A stretch of 64,000 nucleotides of DNA from a virus. How positions within the stretch are numbered: the first letter of the stretch is position 1; each line of letters starts with the position of its first letter. Of the stretch, positions 44,721-56,100 are shown piece after piece. The DNA is taken from positions 1 through 64,000 of the IMG/VR virus record IMGVR_UViG_3300032722_000006. One strand, written 5' to 3'. The notes beneath the pieces were generated by a model that ran no database searches, was not told the DNA's origin, and worked only from the letters and a program-made list of their open reading frames with translations. Made by a program: the position numbers and the translations under genes.

Positions 44721-46565
44721 ATGACACTTCAAAGAGACGATCTCAAAGTAGTACGACAGAGGAAGTACCTCGCGAAGGACTTTGATGCGTTACGTGCGAA
44801 CTTGCTAGAGTACGCTCGACAGTACTATCCAGATCGTCTTCAAGACTTTTCTGAATCTTCATTGGGAGGTCTGTTCCTTGATTTTGCTGCGTACGTGGGC
44901 GACAACCTGTCGTTCTATCTGGATCACCAGTATGGCGAACTGAACCCAACGACTGCGATCGAGCAAGGAAACATTCAACGTTTGTTAGACGCAAGCGGTG
45001 TTCCAATCACGGGTGCATCTCCTGCAATCGTTGCAGTTACGTGCTACATTGAGGTACCAGCTGCAAACATCAACAGTGTTGTTCAGCCTGATCCGACGGC
45101 ATTGCCAGTCATCAGAGAAAATTCGACATTTGTGTCAAAAGGTGGAGTCATCTTCACACTCACTGAAGATATCGACTACAACGCAACTTACTCAGATGGT
45201 ACGCTTCAAGCATCTGTTACTATCGGTTCAAAAACGCCCGCCGGCCAAATCAAGACGTTCATACTTTCTGCGTCTGGCTTGTGTCTGTCAGGCAATGAGT
45301 ATACTGACAACGTTTCCGTTGGTTCGACATTTACGCCGTACATGCAGATCACTCTACAGAATGCGAATGTTTCAACGATCATTTCTGTCAATGATCAACT
45401 GGGAAACATCTACTATCAGGTAGACGCGTTAACGAACGACGTTGTTTATGCAAACGTCCTCAACACAGCTGCTGACAATGATCTTGCACCGCAAGTAATC
45501 AAAGTGATCCCGGCACCTTACCGGTACATCATCTCAACCAACATTTCAAGTCGTAAAACAACACTCACGTTCGGCGCAGGAAATGCTCAGTCTCTTCAGG
45601 ATGATATCATCCCTGATCCATCGAGCTTTGCAATTTCGCTTCCATTCACAAAGACATTCTCGCGAATTCCCATCAATCCGCAGCAACTGTTGCAGACGAC
45701 AACGTTAGGTATCGCTGCTGCAAATACGACGTATAACATCACGTATCGAGCAGGAGGTGGCCTTAGTCATAACGTGAATATCAACAACATTCAAACTGCG
45801 AAGACGGTCAATATGTTCTTTCCTGGGAATCCATCTCCTGCAGTTGCTGGACGTATCAAGGCTAGTCTCGAAGTCAACAATCTTATCGCTGCCTCTGGTG
45901 GAGAGGATCCTCCGACGCCTGCCGATCTAGTTCAATTGATCCCATCGATCACAAATTCGCAAGAAAGAATCGTTACACGCGAGGATCTCCTTGCACGTGT
46001 TTACACGATCCCATCAAATTTCGGTCGTGTCTTCCGTGCAGGAGTCAGGAACAACCCAAACAATCCTCTTGCGACGCAGTTGTACATCATCTCTCGCAAT
46101 GCGTCCGGACAACTAATCATCTCACCAGACACATTGAAGACTAACCTCGTCAAGTATCTCAATCCATACAGGATGATCAGCGATGCAATTGATATTCTGG
46201 ATGCTAGAATTGTTGACCTGACGTTCAGCTTCAGCGTCCTTATCGATCCATCGTTGAACAAAACGACAGTCATCAACAATGCATTAGTACAGCTTCAGGC
46301 GTTTTTCGATGTCAAAAACTTTCACATTGATCAACCGATCGTGTTGTCAAATCTGACGAACATCCTCTTCAACGTACCTGGGATCATGTCGATCAACAAC
46401 ATTCAGTTCAACAACGTCTCAGGTGTTGTCAATAACAGGCAATACAGCAACGTGACATTCGATCCAACGTCAAACACGTCATCTGGGTTGATGTTCCCGC
46501 CTGCTGGGGGTATCTTTGAGGTCCGTTACCCGACGGTCGACATCACTGGACAATCATCGGTGTAA
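44721..46565 (+). CDS. Baseplate wedge protein, T4 gp6/baseplate J-like
   Basis: YLAKDFD, DFSESSLG..F....AYVGD.LSFY.D, FG.G, ASGGED and QERIVTRED. Confidence 0.88.
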   Translation: MTLQRDDLKVVRQRKYLAKDFDALRANLLEYARQYYPDRLQDFSESSLGGLFLDFAAYVGDNLSFYLDHQYGELNPTTAIEQGNIQRLLDASGVPITGASPAIVAVTCYIEVPAANINSVVQPDPTALPVIRENSTFVSKGGVIFTLTEDIDYNATYSDGTLQASVTIGSKTPAGQIKTFILSASGLCLSGNEYTDNVSVGSTFTPYMQITLQNANVSTIISVNDQLGNIYYQVDALTNDVVYANVLNTAADNDLAPQVIKVIPAPYRYIISTNISSRKTTLTFGAGNAQSLQDDIIPDPSSFAISLPFTKTFSRIPINPQQLLQTTTLGIAAANTTYNITYRAGGGLSHNVNINNIQTAKTVNMFFPGNPSPAVAGRIKASLEVNNLIAASGGEDPPTPADLVQLIPSITNSQERIVTREDLLARVYTIPSNFGRVFRAGVRNNPNNPLATQLYIISRNASGQLIISPDTLKTNLVKYLNPYRMISDAIDILDARIVDLTFSFSVLIDPSLNKTTVINNALVQLQAFFDVKNFHIDQPIVLSNLTNILFNVPGIMSINNIQFNNVSGVVNNRQYSNVTFDPTSNTSSGLMFPPAGGIFEVRYPTVDITGQSSV

Positions 46566-46566
46566 T

Positions 46567-48081
46567 ATGTACAAGGTTCTCAAGCCAATCAAGGACACAT
46601 ACATCACGAACAGGTACGTCAACAACGTACCACAGGTCACGGCGAACGTCGGCGCGGCGGGGTCGCTCGACCTGTTCAAATTGTACGGCGTGACATCAAC
46701 AGCGAGCGGGACGACGTCAGTTCCTAACACGGAACTCAGTAGACTTCTAGTACAATTTGATCTTGACCCGCTCCGGGAGCTCGTCGAGGCGGGGGCTGTC
46801 GATCCTGGCGATCCGAGCTTCTCATGTCACTTACGCATGTCTGATGTGTATGGTGGCCAACCAACACCCAGCAATTTCACTGTGAATGTGTGTCCGATGT
46901 CAGCATCGTTCGATGAAGGCCTTGGTCGTGACGTTGTGTTTTACTCGGACAGTGACGTATGTAACTGGCTCACGGGATCTTCGACGTCAGGTGCGTGGTT
47001 AGTAGAAGGATGTGGATTCAGCGGTAGCGCAGGTCCGACGCCGTGTGACTACATCATCGATCCTTTATTCGAAGCGAGTCAGGCGTTCAAGACCGGTCTA
47101 GAGGACCTGTACGTCGACATTACGTCCATCGTGTCCGCCACGTTGGCTGGTGCCCTACCCGACGAGGGCCTGAGAATATCTTTCGACCCCTCGATGGAGG
47201 ATAACCAGTACACATATTTCGTAAAAAGGTTCGCGAGCCGCTCGGCGTACAATGAGGACAAGAGACCGAACATACTCGTCAAGTTCGACGATTCGATCCA
47301 AGATGACACAAACGATGGCGTGTTCCTTGATTCGACGAGCTACCTCTTCCTCTACAACTACGTTAGATCCGGACTAACGAACCTGATGTCAGGCTCGAGC
47401 GCAATCACGGGCGCTGACAGCATCATCTTGCAACTCACGACACCCGTGTCTGGCGGGATCTGGTCAGGGTACTTCACGGGTTCACAGCACACACGAGGGG
47501 TGTTCCCAGTGACTGGTATCTACTCATGCTCAGTTGACATCCTGTCGTCTGATCCTCTCTTGCAACCTCAGTGGCAAGCATCGGGTTCCATTACGTTCAC
47601 ACCGATCTGGCAATCGCTTGACGGAACGTTACCATACCTCACAGGCAGCACATTCAAGGCATACCCTCCCCAACGCGGTGCACAGTCTCTTGCACCGCAT
47701 CGATTTGTCGTGTCCGTGTATGGAGTGGCAGACGAGCTCGACGCTTGTGAAAAGACGACATTGAGGGTGAACATCTTCGATTACAGCGCTCCGTATGTCA
47801 CAACAGCGCTGAAACTTCCTGTTGATCTACCTGGGATAGTCGTCAGGGACGTACACTACCAGGTGCGTGACGTCATGTCAGATCAGGTTGTCGTACCGTT
47901 CGACACAAAGAACAACTCAACTAGGGTTTCGAGTGACAGCACCGGCATGTACTTCACCCTTGATGCGTCCAACCTCAAGTCAGGAAATTCGTACATCATT
48001 GATGTGATGGTCTTCACAGACAACAACAAGCAGCTGTACAAGTCTGCATCTCCAGCGTTCAGAATAGGTGGCGTGGCGTAG
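46567..48081 (+). CDS. Baseplate-associated structural protein
   Basis: KDTYI...SRLLVQFDL (DNRLRE-like start), in baseplate gene order. Confidence 0.65.
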   Translation: MYKVLKPIKDTYITNRYVNNVPQVTANVGAAGSLDLFKLYGVTSTASGTTSVPNTELSRLLVQFDLDPLRELVEAGAVDPGDPSFSCHLRMSDVYGGQPTPSNFTVNVCPMSASFDEGLGRDVVFYSDSDVCNWLTGSSTSGAWLVEGCGFSGSAGPTPCDYIIDPLFEASQAFKTGLEDLYVDITSIVSATLAGALPDEGLRISFDPSMEDNQYTYFVKRFASRSAYNEDKRPNILVKFDDSIQDDTNDGVFLDSTSYLFLYNYVRSGLTNLMSGSSAITGADSIILQLTTPVSGGIWSGYFTGSQHTRGVFPVTGIYSCSVDILSSDPLLQPQWQASGSITFTPIWQSLDGTLPYLTGSTFKAYPPQRGAQSLAPHRFVVSVYGVADELDACEKTTLRVNIFDYSAPYVTTALKLPVDLPGIVVRDVHYQVRDVMSDQVVVPFDTKNNSTRVSSDSTGMYFTLDASNLKSGNSYIIDVMVFTDNNKQLYKSASPAFRIGGVA

Positions 48082-48112
48082 AGTTTGATACGTAGTCTCT
48101 AGTACTCCGTCC

Positions 48113-51100
48113 ATGTCAACACGACCTCTCAATCCGTACATCCCCGCATACCCGCAGTCAGCAGTGACAGGTAGCAGGCCAGTCGCTGTCACCCTCGACG
48201 CGATGTCGGACACGAACATCCTGTCAACGTCGTCATTCGTGTACGATGTTCCTGGGACCGGTCTGAAATCAACACAGCAACTCAACGTTGATTGGTCACA
48301 GTTTCAGAATCACACCTTCTTCATGTCTGCTGAGGCAAAGGTCAACCTCGCATTCGATGCAATCATCAATCAGTTTCCATTTGATGGAACGCGGCAGGAA
48401 GTCGAGGTCTTTGAAGAGAAGCTCTCCGGATTTGAGAAGTGGGTCTTTGACAGCTTCCCATCATATGCGGGTGAACTTCTATTCTCCGGGACACAGGTGG
48501 GGGAAACATCACCTCAAGCCGGCACGTATATCAAGGTTGAGAACAAGGCGGGTGCACTGTACCCTGCGCTGTCGAAGCAGAACACGGGCGTTCCTATACT
48601 GAACCCAACCGGTTCACAGTCGTACACGATCGAGATGCAGTTGTACCTGCCACCAATCAAGAATGATGTCCAAACGATCTGCCAGATGCTATCGACGTCT
48701 GCAGGAACGCTTGGTTCAACGCAGGGATGGACGCTGTACATGACGCAATCATTGTCAACGTCTTCTGTTGATGCTACGTTTGCGATGGTGTCAGGCAGCA
48801 GTTTCATGACTGTTCCTCTCACGTTGAACAAGGGAATGTTCAATCATGTCGCTGTCGAACTCAATCGCACGCAAGGTCTACCGTGGCTCGAGTCTTTCCT
48901 GTTGTCAGTTCCGTATGCTGAGTCCCAGACACAGGTCGAACTTGGTGATATGGCAATCGATGATGCACCGTTGCTTATCGGAAGCGGCACTGCGATACAG
49001 ATCGGTCAATTTCCTTCGGGCCTTATCACACCCATGCAGACGTTGTCCGGCACGATCGACGAATTTCGCATCTTCAACTCGCCTCGTACGCCTCAACAAC
49101 TCGCTGCGTATGCTGGCAAGGCACTGTACTCAACGAACGACCTGCTTCTCTACTATCGTTTCAATGAACCGCCGCCTCCCATCGCAACGTTTCTAAACGA
49201 TAGCGTCAATAGCATCGTCCTTGACTCAAGTGGAAATTCACTTCATGCGATGATCAGCGGCTTCTTCAACATGGGAACGAGCAGCAGCATCGGAATCGGA
49301 CAAACGCCCGGTTCAGGTGCAGATCAAACTGCGTGTGTTTTCAGCTCGAGCGTCATCGGAACAAACGTCGTTGGCAGGAACACGTACTACACCAGCAGCA
49401 TCCAATACACCGTGGGTCCCGAATTGCGCCTCGATGTGACGCAAGATCCACTCAGTCCAGTCGTCTATGAACGTCCTGATAGCCTACACGTGCTGTTCCC
49501 AGCATACCCTCCCACGATGCTATTCAACCAGCAACTTCTGACGAGCGCTAGCGCTTACGATCAGGAGAATCCAAACCTGATCACGCGCCTCGTGCCACAA
49601 CACTACTTCCTCGAAGGCGGCTTCCAGGACGGCTTCATCGACCCACCTGAAGGCAACGCAGGTCAACCTTACGGTGGTGATGGCATCCCTGGTCAAGGCC
49701 AGATGGGTAACGTGCAGATCCTCGTTTCGTTGCTCTTCATCTGGGCACGTTTCTTTGATGACCTCAAATTGTATGTCGATTCATTCAGCACGCTGAGCAC
49801 TGTTGATTATAACACGAACGAGACGATCCCTGACGTATTCCTGCTCGACATGGTGGACAAGATGGGATTCCACCTTCCTCCGTTGTTCAATGATTCGACA
49901 ATCGATCAGTACATCCGAGGAGAGAACGTCGACCTGCACAATTACACGACATCAGTGAATTCACTTCAGCAGGTGCAGAATCAGCTTCTACGTCGCGTCC
50001 TTACCACGTTGCCTCACGTTCTAAAGTCAAAAGGGACACAGTACAGCATTCAGGCATTCCTGCGCTCGATCGGCATCGATCCTGGGAACAACATTCGCAT
50101 CAGGGAATACGGCGGTCCGACGTCAAAGCAGCTGTCATTCACACGAGAGAGCAAGTTCGAGCCAGGAACGATGGTACAGTTCAACTCAACTGCGAGCATC
50201 GTGACATCTCCTCCTCTCGTTGCATCTCGTGTGGAGCCTGGGTACCCAACTCCTGCTGGAACGTTCGTCAAGAATGTTTTGGGTCAGAACATCGGCACCA
50301 CAAACGCAAATGACAACCTTCTCACATCCGGATCCTGGACGTGGGAGGGCATCGTGAAGTGGACACCTGCAGCCATTCCATTGATGACGTCTGCGACTCA
50401 GTCAATTGCACGGTTGTGCACCACAGGCTCGAATTCACCTGGCAGCGAAAATGTCATCGTCAACCTGCTCGCGATCTCGTCATCGATGCAACCTAGGTTG
50501 TTGCTGTTCGCACGCCCGGGCGATGGTCCGAATTCGCCGACGTTGAGTCTGGAACTTGACACGCCCGTCCCCGGGTACCTCAATTCCAACGACATGCCTC
50601 CTGGCATGTTCAACTTTGATCATTGGAATGTGAGTTTCGGTTGCCAACGCAACGACGATGGTCTCAATAGTATCGCGTCATCGTCGTACTTCCTACGCCT
50701 CGCGTACCAGAACGCCGGCAAGGTCGAGTACATGCAGACGACGTCATCGTTCTTCTATGAAGCGCCGTACGGTGAGAACAACGTTCTTAGATCGTTGAAT
50801 TCAACGTCAAATGTCTCAGGCACGTTCCTCGCATTTGGTCCGACACAATTCGTTGCCTCGGGGTCTAGTAGCCAGTATCTGGCCCTCAACAATATTTCTG
50901 CGGCCCCTGCTGCAGCACGAGCAACTGATTTCAACGGCTTGTTGAGCAACGTCCGCTTCTGGTCAAAGGCCTTGAGCATGGCAGAGTGGCAGGAACACGT
51001 CAGGTACTACAAGTCAACTGGTGTAGAGAACCCATTGACGAACTGGAACTATGAGAACACTGCATCAGGTTCCTGGGAGAGATTGCGCATGAGCTCGATG

Positions 51101-51859
51101 ATCCAACAGGACGTCAGGCAAGCGATCTCGACCGCCTCCCACGCCACGATCTTTGGACCTCCCGGCAACCCGATCGGTCCCGTAGGAAGCATCGTGTTCC
51201 CTGACTTCAGCGAGAACGGGTTTCACCTGACGGGAAGCCTATTCCCAATCAACCAAGATGTTGTCGTTGGTGAGACATTCGAGCTTAGCCATCTCAGCCC
51301 GTACTTTGACGAAGCGACGTGCGATGAAAAGATCAGGGTGCGCTCGTACCAGGATTACTCTCTTGTTCAGCAGACACCCTGGGCACAGCTAGCGCCGTTG
51401 CACGAGATCGATCCTAGTGAAACGCCGACTGATGACGTGCGATTGAGCGTTGAGTTCTCGCTGATCGATGCGTTGAATAGGGACATCGTCACCATGTTCG
51501 CAACGTTCGACTCGATCGATAATGCGATCGGTGATCCAGAATTAATGTTTTCTCCTGATTATCCCGACATTGCACGAATGCGCGATATCTACTTCAATCG
51601 AATCAAGGCAAAGCTGAACTTTCAGGCATTCTACGAGTTCTTCCTGTGGTTCGACAAGTCGATCGGTACCTTCATCAAGCAGCTGATCCCGCGCAAGACG
51701 AGCTTCAAGGATGTCAATTTCATGGTTGAATCTCACATGCTCGAGCGCGCAAAGCAGGAGTACCTGACGTACAACAGTTACCTCGGTGACTCCAATCGGA
51801 CAAACCTCACCTCTGTCATCCTCCTGCAGCAGATCGACGGATCTGTGACAAAGTACTGA
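48113..51859 (+). CDS. Large baseplate wedge protein (gp7/tail-I-like core with LamG-like domains)
   Basis: LKSKGTQYSIQAFLRSIG (gp7/P2-I-like), GTIDEFRIF and LLYYRFNE (LamG-like), IKQLIP. Confidence 0.7.
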   Translation: MSTRPLNPYIPAYPQSAVTGSRPVAVTLDAMSDTNILSTSSFVYDVPGTGLKSTQQLNVDWSQFQNHTFFMSAEAKVNLAFDAIINQFPFDGTRQEVEVFEEKLSGFEKWVFDSFPSYAGELLFSGTQVGETSPQAGTYIKVENKAGALYPALSKQNTGVPILNPTGSQSYTIEMQLYLPPIKNDVQTICQMLSTSAGTLGSTQGWTLYMTQSLSTSSVDATFAMVSGSSFMTVPLTLNKGMFNHVAVELNRTQGLPWLESFLLSVPYAESQTQVELGDMAIDDAPLLIGSGTAIQIGQFPSGLITPMQTLSGTIDEFRIFNSPRTPQQLAAYAGKALYSTNDLLLYYRFNEPPPPIATFLNDSVNSIVLDSSGNSLHAMISGFFNMGTSSSIGIGQTPGSGADQTACVFSSSVIGTNVVGRNTYYTSSIQYTVGPELRLDVTQDPLSPVVYERPDSLHVLFPAYPPTMLFNQQLLTSASAYDQENPNLITRLVPQHYFLEGGFQDGFIDPPEGNAGQPYGGDGIPGQGQMGNVQILVSLLFIWARFFDDLKLYVDSFSTLSTVDYNTNETIPDVFLLDMVDKMGFHLPPLFNDSTIDQYIRGENVDLHNYTTSVNSLQQVQNQLLRRVLTTLPHVLKSKGTQYSIQAFLRSIGIDPGNNIRIREYGGPTSKQLSFTRESKFEPGTMVQFNSTASIVTSPPLVASRVEPGYPTPAGTFVKNVLGQNIGTTNANDNLLTSGSWTWEGIVKWTPAAIPLMTSATQSIARLCTTGSNSPGSENVIVNLLAISSSMQPRLLLFARPGDGPNSPTLSLELDTPVPGYLNSNDMPPGMFNFDHWNVSFGCQRNDDGLNSIASSSYFLRLAYQNAGKVEYMQTTSSFFYEAPYGENNVLRSLNSTSNVSGTFLAFGPTQFVASGSSSQYLALNNISAAPAAARATDFNGLLSNVRFWSKALSMAEWQEHVRYYKSTGVENPLTNWNYENTASGSWERLRMSSMIQQDVRQAISTASHATIFGPPGNPIGPVGSIVFPDFSENGFHLTGSLFPINQDVVVGETFELSHLSPYFDEATCDEKIRVRSYQDYSLVQQTPWAQLAPLHEIDPSETPTDDVRLSVEFSLIDALNRDIVTMFATFDSIDNAIGDPELMFSPDYPDIARMRDIYFNRIKAKLNFQAFYEFFLWFDKSIGTFIKQLIPRKTSFKDVNFMVESHMLERAKQEYLTYNSYLGDSNRTNLTSVILLQQIDGSVTKY

Positions 51860-51860
51860 C

Positions 51861-53168
51861 ATGGGAACGACAAGCTTCATCACGGCATCATCTGCAATCC
51901 TGGGATCGCACATCGGTTCATTCCAACCGATCTTCCAACCAATCTTCACGCATGACACGTCATTCTTTGACGAGGGGCCTAACCAGAACCTTCCCAGACA
52001 ATCGTTAGCTGTAGAACAGTCTGTGATGTCTAGCAGTCTCTCTAACCTGTCAAGCTCGTATCCGTACCTGCAAGGTATCGAGATCAGTACGCAAGCGCAG
52101 TACGACGCAGGATTCGTCAAGATTTGGTCAGGTGAACCCGGACATCGGATGCCTCAGCTTACCTTCGATGAAGGTGTTGAGGTCGTGTCTAGCCCGTTCT
52201 CAGACGGCACATCAGACTCCTTCAACGTATTCAGCAAGACAGTCACTGATTTCAACGAGAACATGCATTTTCCGGTGTTGCAATTTCCTTTGCAGAACAC
52301 CTCAGAGAATCCGCACCTGAACGCAAGGACCTTCCTCTACAAGACGATCGTTGTCAAGGCAAACGATGGAAGGACAGTGCAATACAGGCTCGATCAGGAC
52401 CTCGAAAGTACAGTGATGAGCAGCATCATTGAACCTCTTGCGATCAGACTGACGCCCTCGTTCTACAACAGTGACGTGCCCGTCAGCGTCAATCAGGTCA
52501 GAGGGTTCGCAGGACAGGGAAACGCTGATCCTTCAGGCGCATGCGATGACGTTGTGACAGTCGATCGCTTCTGGGCAACGTCAGGCATGACGAAAAGCAA
52601 GGCGCCTGGACAAGCACCGTTCATTGACGATCAGTTGGGCTTGAACCCACAAGAGTACTTCACGAACACAGTGTTGGACGTCACAGGATCGTACTACGGG
52701 GTCTTCTTCAATGACACGCTCGCTGGCGTGTACTACCCAAGCGATGCGTTCGGATTGTATGCTCCCGTCACATCATCGTACGCATTCGCACAATTGTCTG
52801 GTAGCGCTGGCACGTTCCTCATCACTGGATCCTTTCGTTTCAATAGCACACAGTTCAACGAGGAGACGATCGATGAATTGATGTATCAGGGTGTCCTCGC
52901 GCAGAGTGAGAAAACGCTAGACATGCCAGAGAAACGCCCAGCATTCTTTAGCGTTGCAAGTGCGCCCTTTGCAGACGTACGATACGTCAGGAACGTTCCT
53001 GCACCTGCGACTGAAAGCACCAGCATGTTGAACGTGATGTCGCTGATGACAGGGTCGACAGATAACTACGTCAGCTACGATGAGGTATCTGCTACGTGCG
53101 GGTGGTACTATGATAACAATACGAGCGTCGGGACAGACTCCCTTGCGTTCGGAGGGATGACATACTGA
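51861..53168 (+). CDS. Putative virion structural protein
   Basis: 435-aa ORF coupled inside the structural operon. Confidence 0.65.
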   Translation: MGTTSFITASSAILGSHIGSFQPIFQPIFTHDTSFFDEGPNQNLPRQSLAVEQSVMSSSLSNLSSSYPYLQGIEISTQAQYDAGFVKIWSGEPGHRMPQLTFDEGVEVVSSPFSDGTSDSFNVFSKTVTDFNENMHFPVLQFPLQNTSENPHLNARTFLYKTIVVKANDGRTVQYRLDQDLESTVMSSIIEPLAIRLTPSFYNSDVPVSVNQVRGFAGQGNADPSGACDDVVTVDRFWATSGMTKSKAPGQAPFIDDQLGLNPQEYFTNTVLDVTGSYYGVFFNDTLAGVYYPSDAFGLYAPVTSSYAFAQLSGSAGTFLITGSFRFNSTQFNEETIDELMYQGVLAQSEKTLDMPEKRPAFFSVASAPFADVRYVRNVPAPATESTSMLNVMSLMTGSTDNYVSYDEVSATCGWYYDNNTSVGTDSLAFGGMTY

Positions 53169-53169
53169 C

Positions 53170-56100
53170 ATGCCTGCCACAACCATCTCGACAAGGACAG
53201 CGCCTCCTCGAAAGTTCGAGAACTACATCCTGACGCACCTCGTTGATTCGTCAGCAGGCATAACGAACATCACCGACTCACAGATGGTTCTGTTGAAAGG
53301 ACCTGGTGATCCCAGAGAAACTTTTCGTACGATAGGCGACGCATACTGCAATAACGCAATGTCATTCACTTATCCGATTGGATTTGACTTTGCGCTTGAC
53401 GGCGTCACATACAAAAGTTTCGTTGCTGACACCAACGGCTGGATGGCGCTTGTTGGCCCGGGAACACCATTCAGTCTTTCTCAGATTCTTGAGTATACGG
53501 GTCCGTCCAGCAACGGATCGACAGGATATGAGGATTGGGACAACTCTTTCATCTTGCCTGTGATGGCATCAAACACCGTGTTATTGTGTCCATGGTTTTC
53601 TGACCTCAGAAACGTGCATGGTAGTTTGTATGATGACACTAGTTCAACGTATAGCCGTCAGAAGGAGAAGCGCGTCGGCATGGGACTCGAACCCATGCCA
53701 AGTGTTGTGAATGAACTGTCGCCGGGCGTAAAATACTACAATGACAATCACTCACCAGCGGGAGGTAGACGTCTGATTGTGCGATGGCACAGTCTAAGCA
53801 GTTATAACAATGCAGCTAGCGGCATCTTGAAATTTGAGGTCGTACTGTACGAGAATGGAACGATTGAGTTTAGATACGCACCTAGAACGCCTCTAGCTGT
53901 ACCCGTCAATAGCGGCGAACGTGCGACGATCGGCATTTTCATGCCTAATGGTACGCATCGTTTTCGAGATTTTTCGTCAGGGTTGGGATATGATGATCAA
54001 CGCCAGCAGTACGTGTATGGTGGATACGTGTACGATGCTAGTTATAACGACGGGCAGAGTAACGCGAACTCCTGGTATGATGCTGGTCCATCGTACACAC
54101 ATCCCGTACCATACGCATGGAACCTAAAGCCATACAACAATTGGCCATCCGTTTCAACTGGCGGCGGCACCTTCACATTCTCTCCACCGATGAACCGTCG
54201 AAAGGTGCTTCCTCGCAACCTCATTCGCAAGAATGACGCGATGCTTAAGTTACCGACCGTCGCACGAACAGGTGACAGTCGACTTGGTACCGGTCTTGTT
54301 ACGTTCGATGATCGCAGATCTCCTACGTACTCATCATCAAGCATTGTCAACTACCCATCAACGTTGCCAAGGTTCTTCGGTGGCACCGGCGTAGGAACAC
54401 TTCAACGTCAAGACTTGTTCACGAATGATTTTGTCGCTCCGGGGGGCACGAACAGCAGCGCAATCGATCAATTCATGAATGATGGACCGGTGACGTTGGT
54501 TGATGCATTTAACGAAACAAATCGTTATGAACAAGATCAGGCAACGTTGTCTACGAACTTCTTCGCCACGGGGTCTAGCACCACATATCTCGCTGATGGT
54601 TTCACGCAGAACCTAAAATCAAAGACGCAGATCAAGTTCACATTGAACGTTGACACTAGCGTCACGATGCCCGACATCACGTCAAGCATCTACTACTACA
54701 ACAACACGACGAAAGCGTGGGAAGTACCGCAGAACTCATCATACATCATCGGAAATCTGGCTAGCGGTCCTCCGTCGCCCAATCCTTACGCAGGAGGTGA
54801 TTGGACTGATGCTGCAGTCGACGGCATGAACTGGCAGATCGCTGAGGACATGAAGGGATTTGGTCCGATTGGGAACCTCGTTGCTTCAGGTACGCTTGAT
54901 CGCTACGGTGCATACGCACAGACCGATCCGCAGATCGGCGCAGTGTACGACCCCAAGGCGTTGCCGTACGCGATCGGAAAGTCATACGCAAAGAGCATTC
55001 GAAACAACAACGACTACGTTGCGAATAATGATGAAACGTTCACGCTTCCGATCACGTCACCATTCCTGATTGAAAAAGCCGTCTTTGAGATCCCATTCGC
55101 GGCCGGACCGGGATGGTTCAACGATATAACACAATGTTTCATTCCAGGCAATAGCGCGTTCTACAGAAGTGAAAATCCTGCCGCGACGTCGTTCGATTTC
55201 GCCGGTCCAGCGTTGACTGTCGCCTTATTCAGGCAAGTTCCGCTTGACGGAACTGCAACCGGACCGGGAATTCGCGACCTGATCATGACAGGCACGATCA
55301 CACACACGTACGACAACACGCGCGGAATCATGCTCGCGAGCTTCGCGCCAGCAGATTCGACAACGCAGGTATGGCCTGTTGGATTCCTATCCTATGCCGG
55401 GCCCCCAGGCGCAGTTGTCACTCCCAATTCAACAGGACATTTCACCGGATCAGTCACAATTGAATCAACGGCGCTCAGTTCCGCGGGCGTGATTGTCAAG
55501 TTTATCACAAATTTCATGGCATCGCCCGAAGGCGCAGCTGCGACGGATCTCTCGAACTTCTTGACAAGCACGCCTACACTAACATTGACGACGAACGGCG
55601 TGTTGCAGACCGATGGGAATGGCACACAAAATGTCAACATCGCGTACATCTCTCCTCTTGGGCGTGGAGGTACAGGTTTTCAGCAGGCTGGTCGTTGTAT
55701 CCTCGGAAATGAATACGTGACATTGCAGGGATTGAGCGATCCTGAAGGGTTGGTCGTTCCGAACCCACTGTACACGCCTGTCCTCTCCGATCAACAAAAA
55801 CAGGCGTTAGACCAGGTCGCGTTCGGTGACCTCGACAACATTGCGAAAGCAAACGTTTCAGCAGCAATCCCATTGATCAGTCACTTTCCATCACCTTACC
55901 TCGTGATGCCGGGTGACAAGTTGGTCCTCAGCATCTCAAAGATGCGACCGGTGTTGTATCAACCTCATGATTCATCAGACAACCCGACATACAACACGGC
56001 TTTCTCGAGCTCGACCCAACGCCCGAACGCAGGACACGACGTCAGCCTCGTTCCAGGACAAATTAACATCACACTGTACGGTAGTCAGGTACAGGAAGGT

